64,000 nt of DNA. Origin: Podarcis cretensis (lineage: Eukaryota). Below are positions 26,584 to 38,871 of the stretch, in pieces (positions within the stretch are counted from its first letter, which is position 1; every line of letters starts with the position of its first letter). A program made the position numbers and the translations under genes. Where the stretch lies: the NCBI GenBank assembly GCA_951804945.1, contig OX638149.1, forward strand, positions 67,332,001-67,396,000. The letters run 5' to 3'. The notes under the pieces were generated by a model that had not been told where the DNA came from, did no database searches, and was given only the letters and a program-made list of their open reading frames with translations.

Positions 26584-27404
26584 ACCCACAGCCTTACATG
26601 GTACCTGGTAAAAATATAGTGAGCACAAGTGGGACCCATGTGGGCAGCAAGGGTGAAGCACTCACTGTGCACCATGGAAGAAAACAAGGAATATTTACAC
26701 AAATCGTACTCTACCCCTTAGCATTCCCAATGTGCATCTGTATCTGCTGTAATCATTCTTGAGAGAGCACAAACTGGAAACATACATTGGCATATCAAGC
26801 AGTAATTAGTGATGGGTTCAGAATAAAAAAATTCCCAGCATAAGTATTAATGAATCATCCTTGACACCATTACCTCTCCCAAAGAGACAGTCAAGGAGCA
26901 GGCCAAAGTGAGAGTGTTCCCATTGTAAGGCAGGAGGAGAGCGCCTGGCCTCACTGATCCATGCCTGGTAACCTCCAAGATCACTATAATGTTTTATTTA
27001 TGTATGTGGGACTGGCTTTGAGGATGGTACAAAAGCATCTGGGTTGTTCCTAAAAATGAACAAAAAGGAGTAAGTACACCCCTTGAAAGAAAGAGTCCCA
27101 TATAGACTCCCGCTGGTGGATGTGTACGCACGTGCACACACACCATGAGGTATAAAGCTAGGAACATGTATTGCTCAAATGCCTCCCCTTAATCCCCCCC
27201 AGCTGCTCTTCAGATATCTGTATGTTAAGACAGTGTAACTGCTTACATAAGGGTTTCCAAGTGCAGCCAACTGAACATGCTTAAAATCCCTCTGCAAATT
27301 TTGCACTGTGTGGAGGTCTAAAGAGCAACCCAAATGACTGGGTGGGGGCCTGCCCAATCTCTTAATTTTAAATATCATGCCCAAAGTGCAAGATGTACAT
27401 AAAT

Positions 27405-27726
27405 CAGGGGTCAGCAAACTTTCAGCAGGAGGCCAGTCCACTGTCCCTCAGACCCTGTGGGGGGCCGGACTAGATTTTGAAAAAAATAATAATGAACGAA
27501 TTCCTATGCCCCACAAATAACCTAGAGATGCATTTTAAATAAAAGCACACATTCTACTCATGTAAAAACACCAGGCAGGCCCCACAAATAACTCAGAGAT
27601 GCATTTTCAATAAAAGGACACATTCTACTCATGTAAAAACACGCGAATTCCCAGACCGTCCGTGGGCGGGATTTAGAAGGTGATTGGGCTGGATCCAGCC
27701 CCCGGGCCTTAGTTTGCCTACCCATG
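27405..27726 (+). mobile_element. hAT MITE with an internal ~60-bp tandem duplication
   Basis: TIRs caggggtcagcaaact / agtttgcctacccatg; TSD acataaat / agataaat; unit gccccacaaataa...catgtaaaaacac occurs twice. Confidence 0.88.
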
Positions 27727-29119
27727 AGATAAATGATCTAAGTATGTGGGTAGATTCACACAGAAGAATGTGTTTTGTGATGTACCCATACCACTCGGCT
27801 TTCTTTGTCAAAACCAGAGCCTTTAACCGGGTCTGGAAACCTGCTGGGGAACCAGGACTGTAGTTTCAATACGCTTCATGTATCTTGCTGCTGTTAACTG
27901 CTTGGCACCCACTCTCTGAACCAAGTGCAATTTCCTAACATAATCAAAGGCAGCTCTGTTTGTTTGTTTTCTTTGCTTAACATTTATATCCTGACCTTTG
28001 TCAAAAGACTTCAGGGTGGGTAATGATATTAAAGAATACATAAACCAGACTATAAAAACAAGACAATTTTTTATCAGCATCACATGTAGAGCACAAAGCA
28101 TTGCATAAGTGTGGCTGGATTCTCCTTCAAGAAAGGTGGAGCTGGCATCAGGTTTAGGTGCTACAAAGCTCTCACTCCTTCCCACTACAGCTACCTGGAC
28201 ATTCAGAAGTAAGGCTAGGTATAAGAGCACACCAGTAGAAAATCTGAATCTTCAAGGATGGTACAAACCTACTGAACTATGTTTACTTCTCACTCAAATG
28301 CATCAGCCAGCAAGCACCACCTCCAGCTTATGCAGCTTATATTTATTTGCCCCAGTATACCTAGAATTGCATGGAAATCGCATGTGTACATGCATCTTGC
28401 ACTAGGGGCGTCTGGATGTGATGATGTGCCCGGGAAATGTGTCTGATGGTCATGCAGAGGTAAAAACATACTTGATAACAGTGATTATGGGGAGGGGGAG
28501 ATATGAAATGGCTATATAAGGGGAGGACAATTATATTGTCCCACGCACAAACTTTGGTCCATCTCCATCGATGGTAAACTTTGTAACTCTGCCAACTTGA
28601 CTTTGGACATCCTGGTGCTGTTACTTAAAAGTCAGGTAGCTTAAGAATAAACTCTCTGTCACCTATGACCAGATCATGGAGAGAGCTGACCTTGAATGTA
28701 TTACTTTGACCTAGGTGAAATGAATACTTCTCAGCCACAACCGTCTAGGTATTTGGATCAGCAACAACAGAAGTTGGGATGGTGTGGGGTTTTGGTTACA
28801 GTCTATAAGTGAATTTAATTTTCAGCCAGGTTCCAGGGCTGAGTGTTTGTACCATGTGTTGGCAACTGGGACAGAGAGGGATTCTGCTAGGGTATCTCAG
28901 ACTAGCATAGTCTCAAACTTGGTGTTGAGGACTCCTAGAGTGTTGGTTATGAAACATCCATGCAGAAGACCCCTTTCTCTGGAGTGACTCCGGACTTCAT
29001 GGGCACCATGAGAACATAATGGGACAAGTGCCTTTGTTTTACATGCGTCAAGGGTTTTTTGGTTGGGAAGGACAGTGGTGGTCTAAGGATGAGGTTTTCA
29101 TTAATTCTTTTCATTTGCG

Positions 29120-29149
<30 letters not shown>
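29120..29149. repeat. (TAAA)n microsatellite
   Basis: about 7 units just upstream of the CpG island. Confidence 0.9.
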
Positions 29150-29150
<1 letters not shown>

Positions 29151-29790
29151 CTTTTAAAATCCTGCCTAAAGAGAAGATACCATGGTTCTGAACAGCATAA
29201 AATCAATAAAACTGCATTTATGAAACAAGCTTCCTAAGTCCGTTTTCAGGCACTATAACTGCCCCTGATATTGGGGAAAGACTGCCATGCCTAGTGTGAA
29301 GAGTGGGAAGGTGCGATTCCACTCCGCCTCCATTTTCTTTTAAAGAGGTAAGAGAGCGACGCTGGCGTGCATTTGAGGGACCCCCTTTGCACCTCCCTCG
29401 GTGGGTGGCGCGGTGGTGCGGGTCACGGCGAGGTCCTCCAGCCCACCCCCCCCCGGGAGCCCCGCTCCAGAGGGAGAGGCGCGCGCGCCGGCCCTGCAAG
29501 GGCGCCCGGAGCCCAGAAGAGGTCCCCCTCGCCTTAGGAGCGCCGCCATCTCCGCCCCTTGACGAGCGGGAAGGGGGCGGAGGGTGTCGCTGCTACGTGA
29601 TTCCTTTGTAGATGAGGCGCCCTCTCTCTGCGCGCTGCAAGCCCAACTCCGGCCCCGGAGCGAGGGAAAGAAGCCGTCAGGCACGAGGACCGGCGGGCGG
29701 CCGAGCGAGGAGGCCCCCTCGGCGGCGTCTCTTGTTGCCAGACAGAGGCGTCCCCGGCGCCCGCAGCTAGGCGGGGAGGCGGGAAGGGCC

Positions 29791-29814
29791 CGGCGGCGGC
29801 GGCGGCGGCGGCGG
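29791..29814 (+). repeat. (CGG)8 repeat in the putative 5' UTR
   Basis: cggcggcggcggcggcggcggcgg. Confidence 0.92.
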
Positions 29815-29975
29815 GCGGTTCCATGAGGCGTCTCCGCAGCCTTTGCACCTGCTGCTGCTGCTGTCAGGTGGCGTCGGCGGGAGCTCGCGCCCTGCCTCGC
29901 GCCTCGATGGGCAGCCGCGGGCTCTGAGGGGCGCCGGACCCTCGACGGGGATGTGCCATCTGAGCCGCCCCACAA

Positions 29976-30270
29976 ATGGCTCTCGGCGACGAGGCGGCCG
30001 TGGCGCCTGCTGCTGCTGCTGCTTCTTCCACCAGCACCCTGAGGTGTGAGCTTCCCGTGCGCCTGCGGGGACTCTTTGCAGCAGGCATCTCGCGGGCTTG
30101 GGCGACCAGCGTTGGCCTCAGGCTGCTGCTGCTGCTGTTGCCGCTGCCGCCGCCATGCCCTGATCGGAGAAGCGCCGAGGCAGCCGCGGCCACCAAAGGG
30201 CCCCTTTTCAAGGCTGCCATGCTCCTCGGGGTGCTCTTAGTCCTTTGCCAACGGGTCCAGGCGGAGCAAG
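29976..30270 (+). CDS. KIAA1549L: first coding exon of a secreted/membrane protein, probably KIAA1549L
   Basis: ATG 29976 to CAA G|gtgagc donor at 30271; ends in signal-peptide-like MLLGVLLVLCQRVQA-EQ; lies in a CpG island directly downstream of HIPK3 on the same strand, matching known HIPK3-KIAA1549L synteny and its very long first intron; start codon uncertain (29976 or 30219). Confidence 0.72.
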
Positions 30271-31808
30271 GTGAGCGGCGCGCCTTTAGACCCGGGCGAG
30301 GGTGGTGAAGGGAGGCTGAGCAGGAATTGCTTAATGAAGAACAGCGGGGGGGGGGGGGGGGCTTCGTTACAGCTGCAGCCATTGTGTTATCGCCGATCTC
30401 GTTCCAAATAATACAAATAATACTCTTCTGGGATGTGCTCGAGGAGGGGAAACTCGCGCCAGGTTCCTGGTGCCTTGGAATGGAAAGGAGGGAGGCTGCA
30501 CAGAAGAAGGGGCCATCTTCCCCCCCGGTCTCTCCTCCTCTCCCCACAATTTTAAACAAAAGTTAACAGCCTTCTGCATAACAGCTGCACTTCACTGCAA
30601 TGCCTCAGTGTTGTTTGGGTGGCCATGGGGTTCGCATTTGATTTTTTTTCAGAGGGCGCCTGGAGGCTTGTAAATATTTTAGCACAGAATAATCCCGAGG
30701 CGCTGCCCACCCTCCTCCCGCCGTCGTTTTCTGTAGCTGGTCAAGTGTGTCAGATAACAATCGAGGAGGGTTTCTGAGCTTGTGTTTTCCAAGTGGCCTA
30801 CAGTGTTGGAACGAGTGCTCTGCTGCCTCTTGTTGACTAGCATCTCTGGCCCCCCTCCCCAATTTTTTTTTTTTACATTGCACAGAAAAGAAGCTGTTGT
30901 TACCTCAAACAATTACTTTTTGGAAGGGGGGGGGGAGAGATGTGTCAGAGCTGATAAAAGTACAAAAAATTATCTCCAGCATAACATTTCTTATGCTTGG
31001 TATCTTGGGGATTTTTTGGGGAGAGGGGGGAGGACTCATTTCCCTGCCATTTTCTGTTTTGGAAGTAGTAGCAGCATACAGGGTGGCATCAAAGTTAACA
31101 ATGCTGTACTGTATGTGAACAAGAAATGGTAGTATGAATCTGTGTAGACACAATCCCACGAGGATGGAGTTCATGGGACTTTTTTCTGCAGGATTTGGGT
31201 CTTCTCTAGCTGAGCCATGATGCTTTGGTTATTACTGCAATCCTCAGACTGTTTCCTTTGAGGTATAATCAGTGGAGTTATGAACTATATAAAGCCCAAT
31301 TTTGGAGCATGCAGCTTTGAAACTCCCTTCAGTTTCAGATGCAGCTTGACATGTGGCTTAGCAGGAATGCTATTCATGAATAAGTCTAAAGTGTCTGGGT
31401 CTAGTCTTACATATCTTTGGATTCTGGCCCTTGTTTAGTATTTATTTAGTAGTAACGATTTAATTGTTGAAGTGCTCAGCGATCAGGAGCATGAAAAAGC
31501 TTTTCCCTCCCCTCACCTGGTTGCTTCTGTGGTAACCAAGGTGGCTTACTTACCATTAGAGATAGAATACAGTACAGTATTGAATAAGATTAGCTGGATT
31601 AAAAATAAAATAAAATAAAGAAAGGTGTAAGGGTTTGCTTTATTTCTCCGTAGGGTGACAGAAATTTCTTACTCAAATAGTCTTGAACTTATGTAGGGTC
31701 TGGGAGGATTTCTCTGCACGTCAAACTGACAGCTCTCCCCCTGCCCCAAATACCACTAGTATAATTAACTGTGATCTTAACTGGTAGGTTATGACCTGAA
31801 TTCTTATA

Positions 31809-32060
31809 CAGTCACACCTCGGGTTAAATGTGCTTCAGGTTGAGTGCTTTTGGGTTGTGCTCCATGGCGACCTGGAAGTAACAGAATGCATTACTTCCGG
31901 GTTTTGCCGCTTGCGCATGCGCAGATGGTCAAAATGACGTCATGCGCATGCGCGGAAGCGGCGAATCATGACCCGCACACATGCAGATGTGGGCTGTGTT
32001 TGCTTCTGGATGCGAACGGGGCTCTGGAACGGATCCCGTTCTTATCCAGAGGTACCACTG
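31809..32060. mobile_element. Tc1/mariner (Tigger-like) MITE
   Basis: TA|cagtcacacctc ... gaggtaccactg|TA. Confidence 0.85.
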
Positions 32061-33871
32061 TATAGGGCGCAATCCTGAGAAAACTATACCTGTTTGGATT
32101 CCACTAACATTATTGCAACTTTAAGTGGTTTGATGTGCACTTAAGTCCCATTCAAATAAGTGTGTTTTAAGTTGTTGTGAACTATTCCATTTGCTTAATT
32201 CCCATTTAATTTTCTTTCAGTTGGACTGATTGAATGTGCTTGTTAGTTAACTTCTAACATTTTTTTAATGGAGAAAATACCTTGTACAATTGGCAAGTAG
32301 TGTTAAATGTACTGGCCCTAATTTGGATCTAAGCGCTAGTTAGAAGTTCCCTTCAACAGATGTGTGTGAGAATAACAGGCTTATGATACAGCAGAGAAAT
32401 CCATTTAGGGGAGCTCCTTTGGTTCGTAGATTTTCCTTGCTGAACTGGAGTTTATACAAACTTGTTTATGTGTAATATGCATTTTACATATTAGCAGTGC
32501 TTTTTTTCTTAAAAAATGTTTAGGGGTGCTCTTATTTTCCTTCTTATATTGAAATACTGCCCCTCAATGAGGCCAAACTGTAGATTCATAAAATGTTTAG
32601 GGGTATGTGTACCCTTGCATCCCCCCAGAAAAAAAAACCCACTGCATATTAGCACCTGTCAACAGTTCTTAATTGTGGCCAGTATCCCATACCAATGAAA
32701 AACAGCTTACATGGAGCTGCCAGTCAGTTTCCCACTAGACCAATATCTTCTTATCTTTAATAATATAACAGAATAATGTGTCCTTTAGCCCATTTTTTTT
32801 GCATCCAATTTTGTATTAGGGCACAGTATGTTGTAACATAGACTGCAGGTTTCAATTGTAAGTGTTCAGACTCTTCTAAGTTTGTGGTTAGATGTTTTAG
32901 CCAATCTGGCAAGGCCCCAACTGATACTTCTTAAACTTTTAGTTCTAATGTGAGAAAAGGTTTGGGTTAGGGGAACAGATTGAGCTTGTGATAGAAAATG
33001 TGAGTTGCTTTCCTGTCCTGCATGTACAGTGTCTTCCATGACTTCTAGTCATAATAATCACAGTGACAGTGCATTTGTAATGTGATGTTAGGAGGAATTC
33101 CCCAAACATTGCTTGTTTCTTTTATTTCTGAGTCACGTAGCAGGTTTTTAAGGTGCAAATTGTAGTGTAATATTCCTAAAGATGAATGAAAAGGTTAGGA
33201 ATACACTGCAATAGACACTCTGGTTGGACAGCATTTCTATATCCAAGTGGAACATATTTTCATTTGTCTGGTGATGTGGAAACTTGCTACCAATCATTTT
33301 TTTGCTACCAGTCATTGTTTGATATGAACAGTACAAAATAGTTTTATAGCATGTGCAGAGAATGAACAGAAAAATAAGATGAATGTATTACAAGTGGGAA
33401 AAAACCCTAACAAAGACTATTTTTTTTCATGTAAGCACATTCCTGTTACCAGGAAAGTAGAAGTTGCTAATGCAAAAATTTCAAAGCAGGATAAAATGGT
33501 GAAGTATCCTTGAGAAAAGCTCATTATCAAATAGTGGTCCTTTGTTTAGAAATGAACAAAAAGAACTGGATTGTTTCAAGTTGCATAGCACTGAAGTGCT
33601 GAAAAGCCAGTTTAAAAGAAGCCATTACAAACCTGTTTTGTCTCTTCTTTCAATTTCTGTTTAATCTGATGACTTATAGAACTAGGTGGATGCATTGCTA
33701 GTAAGACTTTATTTTACAAGAGTCACGACTACTTGGAACAGAGAAATAAGTGAATATTGATTGCATGTAATTGTGGCATGTGGTTAAAAACAACAACCAT
33801 GTGGTCCTTAAAACTGGTGCAGCAGAATTCCACAAAGTTCTTGTTCCTCTTCATTTCACTGTGTTTTGGTT

Positions 33872-33922
33872 CAGGAAGATCTGTGGCTCAGTGGCATCTG
33901 CTTTGCATGCAGAAGATCCCAT
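33872..33922 (+). mobile_element. tRNA-derived SINE head fragment (Squam3-like)
   Basis: ggaagatctgtggctcagtgg...catctgctttgcatgcagaagatccca. Confidence 0.6.
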
Positions 33923-35081
33923 TTTAACAATATTTCTGTCATCCAGCAATAAATTACTCTGGAAAAAACAAGTTTATTGACTTTTATAAAATGTAAGATA
34001 TATGGTGTAGCAAAATAATAAATTTTTCAATTTCCATTGAAATGTAATATGGTAACTTTTGTCAATGATACCTGAGCTGGAAAATCACATTTATGCAAGC
34101 TTCAGATCTAAAATCCAGTGGGATTTACTCATTAGTTCATAAATCTTGGCTAGAAAAGAATTAACTGTGAATTAAGAATGGATTTTCATGCAGGAACCCA
34201 AGTCCAAACTATGCGTGACACAGAAAGATGAGCAAAGGACTCTGGTAGCCTATTTCCCTTTTGAAAAGCAACTTCAGGAGGGGACATTCTGGATGAGAGG
34301 GTATATCTATAAGAATCATTCCTGCTGCTTTTGCATACAAGTTGCCTACATTTGAAAGTATGTATTTGGAACTCTGTAGGAGGAAAAGCAGCTTGAGAAA
34401 GGTGAATTTAGAGCAGACAAGTGGCAGTGTATGCTTAATCTTTTTGATTTCCAAATTGCTTTATACTAAAGCTGTGTTTCCTTAAAAGAAGGAGCTATTG
34501 CTGTTTTGTTACCTGTAGGAAACCGTAACTTTGGTTGGTTTTGGTATATAACCATTGTTTCTTATTAATAACTCTCTCATTTCCTTACCATAGAGGCCAA
34601 ATAAATGCTTGTTTCCCCCCTGTATTCCTGCCCAGCAAACACCTCCACACCCAATTTTTAGCAGGAGATAACCAGTGGACTGTGTGTGTGCATAGAAAGC
34701 CCTGAAACCTTTATCAGTATGCTGTACGCAGGGTAGCCTGACGTATTTTTTATGCAACTTTGTCTAACAAGTCTTCGTAGATGATAATTTTCAGCATGAC
34801 CTGAACTGTGTTCCTTAAAGTATCCTCCACAGCTGCCATTCAGAATAATCACACTACAAATACTACAGCATTTAAATTAGCCGTGCATGGATGCTATAAC
34901 AGCACCACCGCATTGGGTTCAAGAACTAACTCATGGGAAATGAGCCTGGTACCACATTATACTCACTGAGGAAATAGCACTTCCATATGAGAATTCTGCC
35001 TTTCTCTGTCAACAGGTAGACAAAACTAGAGGGTATAGAAAAGATACACACAAAGGGAAGAGGGAGTTGCCTTGTCTCTCC

Positions 35082-35082
<1 letters not shown>

Positions 35083-35112
<30 letters not shown>

Positions 35113-35115
35113 TTT
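35083..35115. repeat. (TTTA)n microsatellite
   Basis: about 8 units. Confidence 0.9.
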
Positions 35116-35837
35116 GCTTGCTTGCCTCTCTTCAGAGTGGCTAATTTCCGCTAGCAGTTGGGAGAAGCAACAGAGAAAATGAGCCACTCTGAGGAGAAGT
35201 AAACCCACTTTAGAAATGAGAGAAATTATTAAAGGAGAGGCAATTAGGTGTGGCTCCTTCCTACTCCAGAGTGGTCAGGAAAACGTAACATCAGAAGTTA
35301 GAATCCCCAGTGTGGCACCCTCCAGATATTTTGGGCTACAACTCTCATGAACCTTAGCTAGCAAAAGGGTGGAATGGGACTGAAGGGAGCTGTAGTCTGG
35401 ATGGCCCAGGTTGAGAGAGGCTGTGTTAACCCAACACTGACTATACAATATTTATAGGTGCCCGTTTTGGAAGCGATGAGGAATAATTTGTACTATATGT
35501 TTTAGCTTTTGAATGGATAGTTCAGTAGAGAGATGAAAGTTGCTGGCCTGTTCATTGTGAACTTGCATCCACATGGTATCATCCTCATTAACAACTCATC
35601 CTGCTTCCAGTCCTCACCCCCAGTTTAATCTGGATTTTGCCACTTACATGTTTTGTTTTTAAAACCTACTGGATATTTTGTGGAAATCCAGATTAAAGGA
35701 GGAGATAAAATGGGGCAGTGTTTTGATGAGTTCTGTGGATACTATTACAAAATGTTCAAGCACCGACTTAATAATAAATTGCCAAGTAGAATTATCCAGA
35801 AGTCATAGGGAGCGCACCAAATTGGACAAGATCAACT

Positions 35838-36003
35838 CAGAATCATGGAGTTGGAAGGAACCTCAAATGTTATTTCATTAAGCAACATCCTACAAATGCA
35901 GGGGATCCTCTGTTATAGGGCCTCTGATAGGATATCCAGCCTCTGCTTAAAAACTTCTAATGAAGGAAGGTCTACCACTTTGAAGGCAGCCTGTTCCACA
36001 GTT
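35838..36003 (-). mobile_element. degraded CR1 3' end
   Basis: agaatcatggagttggaagg...atccagcctctgcttaaaaacttctaatgaagg, similar to the 3' end of the CR1 at 25534. Confidence 0.75.
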
Positions 36004-37444
36004 TCTTCACGTTCTCAAGATATCCAGTGGCCCTTACTGTGTAGTTATGCTTAGCTACTATTAGTGGCAATAGGGTTTTCCTTATAATTGGCTCACTTTT
36101 GGTATGAATGTAGATCTGGATAGAAACCTTGTCTGGACTTCTTTTACCCAAAGTCATTGCCTCACCTTTTGCCCTGGTTCTTTTAATCCTACATCTACTT
36201 TGCTATTCTTTGGCTGACATCCAGAGCGCATTATCCCCCTCCCCTCTTCTCTGAATTTGAAACAGCTTTTATGGGTGAAAGATCTGACTTGTGGTCTGTA
36301 AATATTTCCAGTTGTTATTGAAAAATAATTCTGGAGCAACTAATTCTGTTTCATGTCTTGTCATTTTCACCTGGTTGGTAGATTGCAAAGCAATAACTTG
36401 CTTTCTTCTTAATGTACTGCCATACTTGCCAGTTTGCATTTTGTGAACAGTTATTTGACATTGCTCTCACTCAGATCAGAGTACCCTTTTTAAAGATTGC
36501 TTTTCACTCCAAGCACATGCTACACGTTCACTGTGTGTCTACTGCATTTCAATAAAAGGTCAATTTATTGTGTTAGATTTACCTTCTCAGCTGCTGGCTC
36601 CATGTGCCAAAAGACACATACCTTTGGAAATCTAGTCTCTCTCTCTCTCTCTAAATGCTTTATTGGTTTTAAAAGAAAAAGCATAGCACAACAAAGAAAA
36701 ACAAATAAAAAATATAGTATTCAACAAAAAGCAATCTGAAAAAAGACTTTGCACTTCTGACATTCAAAATTGAGTTAATTCTTCCCTGATTCTAGTATGA
36801 CTTCCGATCTAGAAATCTAGTTTCTCAGTTTGCAATATACTAGTATAAGATTTCAGTGCAAACAGTTGTTGCCTAAGGAGTGGAATCCAATCGGTCATCC
36901 TTGCCAGCGTTCGAAACTCCCATTGTTCTAGGCATGTTTTGTGACAGGGAATTTCAGTTTCAGAGAGCAGTTTCAGAGCCCTGGGTGCCTAAGATTTCAG
37001 ATTAAAACTGCACAGTGGAAGGAAAGGAGGACCTTTTTCTGCCTCCCCACTTCCAGCCACTCTCTGAAGGTTGGAGAAGAGACACTCTTAAGAATATTAG
37101 GGGGGTGAGGGGGAGCACATCTTTGATTTTTGCAGTCTTTGGATGAGGACTAGACCATGTGAAAAATGAACATAATATTTTAGATGCAGTTCATTGATTT
37201 TCAGCTTTGTATTCTTGTTATAAAAAAGTGTGTCTGTTGTTGCTCCCATAACCTAGGTTCAAGGGGCCATTTAGCTCCTAGCTTTCATATCTCAGTTTCT
37301 TACACTGATCTTTGCGCTGTTGGTGCAGTGGAAGTGTATATAAACAGAGGGGAAGGGGCAGATTTCCAGAGGGTGCTGTGGTCTGCAGTGTGGCTGTGTT
37401 GTCACTGCTGTGTTGTGCAGTATTTGAAAACCCTGTTTAGTCAG

Positions 37445-37623
37445 AGTTCCGGAGATCCGTTCAGATCCTGAGGTTTCCGCAACCTGAGGACCGCTTCTGC
37501 GCATGCGCAGGCTGCTTCTGTGCATGCGCGCGTGGTGAAACCTGGTAAAATACTTCTGGGTTTTCAGCGCATGCATCCCGAAGTTTACGTAACCGGAAGG
37601 TTATGTAAACGCATGTACGACTG
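37445..37623. mobile_element. partial Tc1/mariner MITE related to 31809-32060, opposite orientation
   Basis: right end gtacgactg|ta; internal tgcgcatgcgca and ttccggagatccgttc motifs. Confidence 0.65.
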
Positions 37624-37975
37624 TACTTTGTTCCAGCCAGTCCTATCCCTACCTACAGGCATGAGCCAATTTAAATCCTGTTGCTTAGAAATACTCAATT
37701 TAGTAAGAGCTATCCAGACAGTGAATTTAATAAATGTATGCCAATACCACATTCTAGCCTTTGTTTAACAGTCTTGCAGTGCCCCCATTCAAAAACAATA
37801 GCACAGCATCCAGTTGACACACGGTGGGGTTTTGTTTTTTTTTGAGCAGGATAACTGTTGCTTTTAATCCCTCTAATAAAAGCCGGCATCGTAATGACTA
37901 CCTAGTGCTGTAGGCAGAGAAGAGACAACTTTCAAAGTATTAAACAATTTTCTAAAAAGGAACATGTGGAAAAAA

Positions 37976-38329
37976 TGTGGGTGGCGCTGTGGGTTAAACC
38001 ACAGAGCCTAGGACTTGCCGATCAGGTGGTCGGCGGTTCGAATCCCTGCGATGGAGGGAGCTCCCGTTGCTTGGTCCCTGCTCCTGCCAACCTAGCAGTT
38101 TGAAAGCATGTCAAAGTGCAAGTAGATAAATAGGTACCGCTCTGGCGGGAAGGTAAACGGCGTTTCCGTGCGCTGCTCTGGTTCGCCAGAAATGGCTTAG
38201 GCATGCTGGCCACATGACCCGGAAGCTGTACGCCGGCTCCCTCGGCCAATAAAGTGAGATGAGCGCCACAATCCCAGAGTCGGTCACGACTGGACCTAAT
38301 GGTCAGAGGTCCCTTTACCTTTACCTTTA
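37976..38329 (+). mobile_element. Sauria SINE, full length (subfamily A)
   Basis: A box gtggcgctgtgg, B box ggttcgaatcc, tail cagagtcggtcacgactgg...cctttacctttaccttta. Confidence 0.94.
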
Positions 38330-38871
38330 GCTATGTTTTTATCATCTTCCTTTAAAACACTTGCTGAGCACTTAGCCCAGTCTTTTCAAACTGGTACCTT
38401 TCAGGTGTTTGGGGACTACAACTGGTTTGTCACTTGCCACTAATGATGTCATAAGCAATATCTAATAGAGACATATCCACAGCATGCTTCACAGCAATCT
38501 TGCTTGCAGTGGATGCAAAATAAAGTTTGTCGAGTGCTGGGGGTAATGCAGTATTCTTTTCACAGAAGCATCTGAGGACAACATGCAACCAATGGGTAGA
38601 AATTCTATATTTATTTCCACAAAAGCGAAGTACTGGAAACGGAAGGAAAATTACTTTCTTTGCTTTCATGTTTTGTTTTCCTTTGCTTCCTCCATTTATT
38701 AACTTACTTAAAATATCTGCATACCACCCTTCATTTTCAAATTTTAGGGCCATTTACAAAGCATATTAAAGCAATGTATGTTGAAAGCGTCAGCTCAAGA
38801 ACCTGGGAAGGAAAGTCTAAGAACTTGTTTTTGTATTGTAAAATGCCCTGTAATTCTTGGATGAGGGGTGG

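Larger units (their letters stand above)
29340..30400 (+). promoter_or_regulatory. CpG-island promoter and first exon region
   Basis: sharp rise in GC and CpG against an AT-rich background; GC boxes (ggggcggag near 29574); CGG and CTG runs; ends just after a splice donor. Confidence 0.92.

Noticed and set aside
29340-30559. Long minus-strand ORFs (211 aa, 231 aa) and other overlapping ORFs in the CpG island
   Set aside because: Low-complexity Ala/Arg/Pro/Ser translations expected from stop-poor GC-rich DNA; no domain or splice support. An antisense transcript cannot be excluded.
37976-38050. tRNA-like A and B boxes (also in the SINEs at 21197 and 21558)
   Set aside because: They are SINE heads continuing into SINE bodies, not tRNA genes
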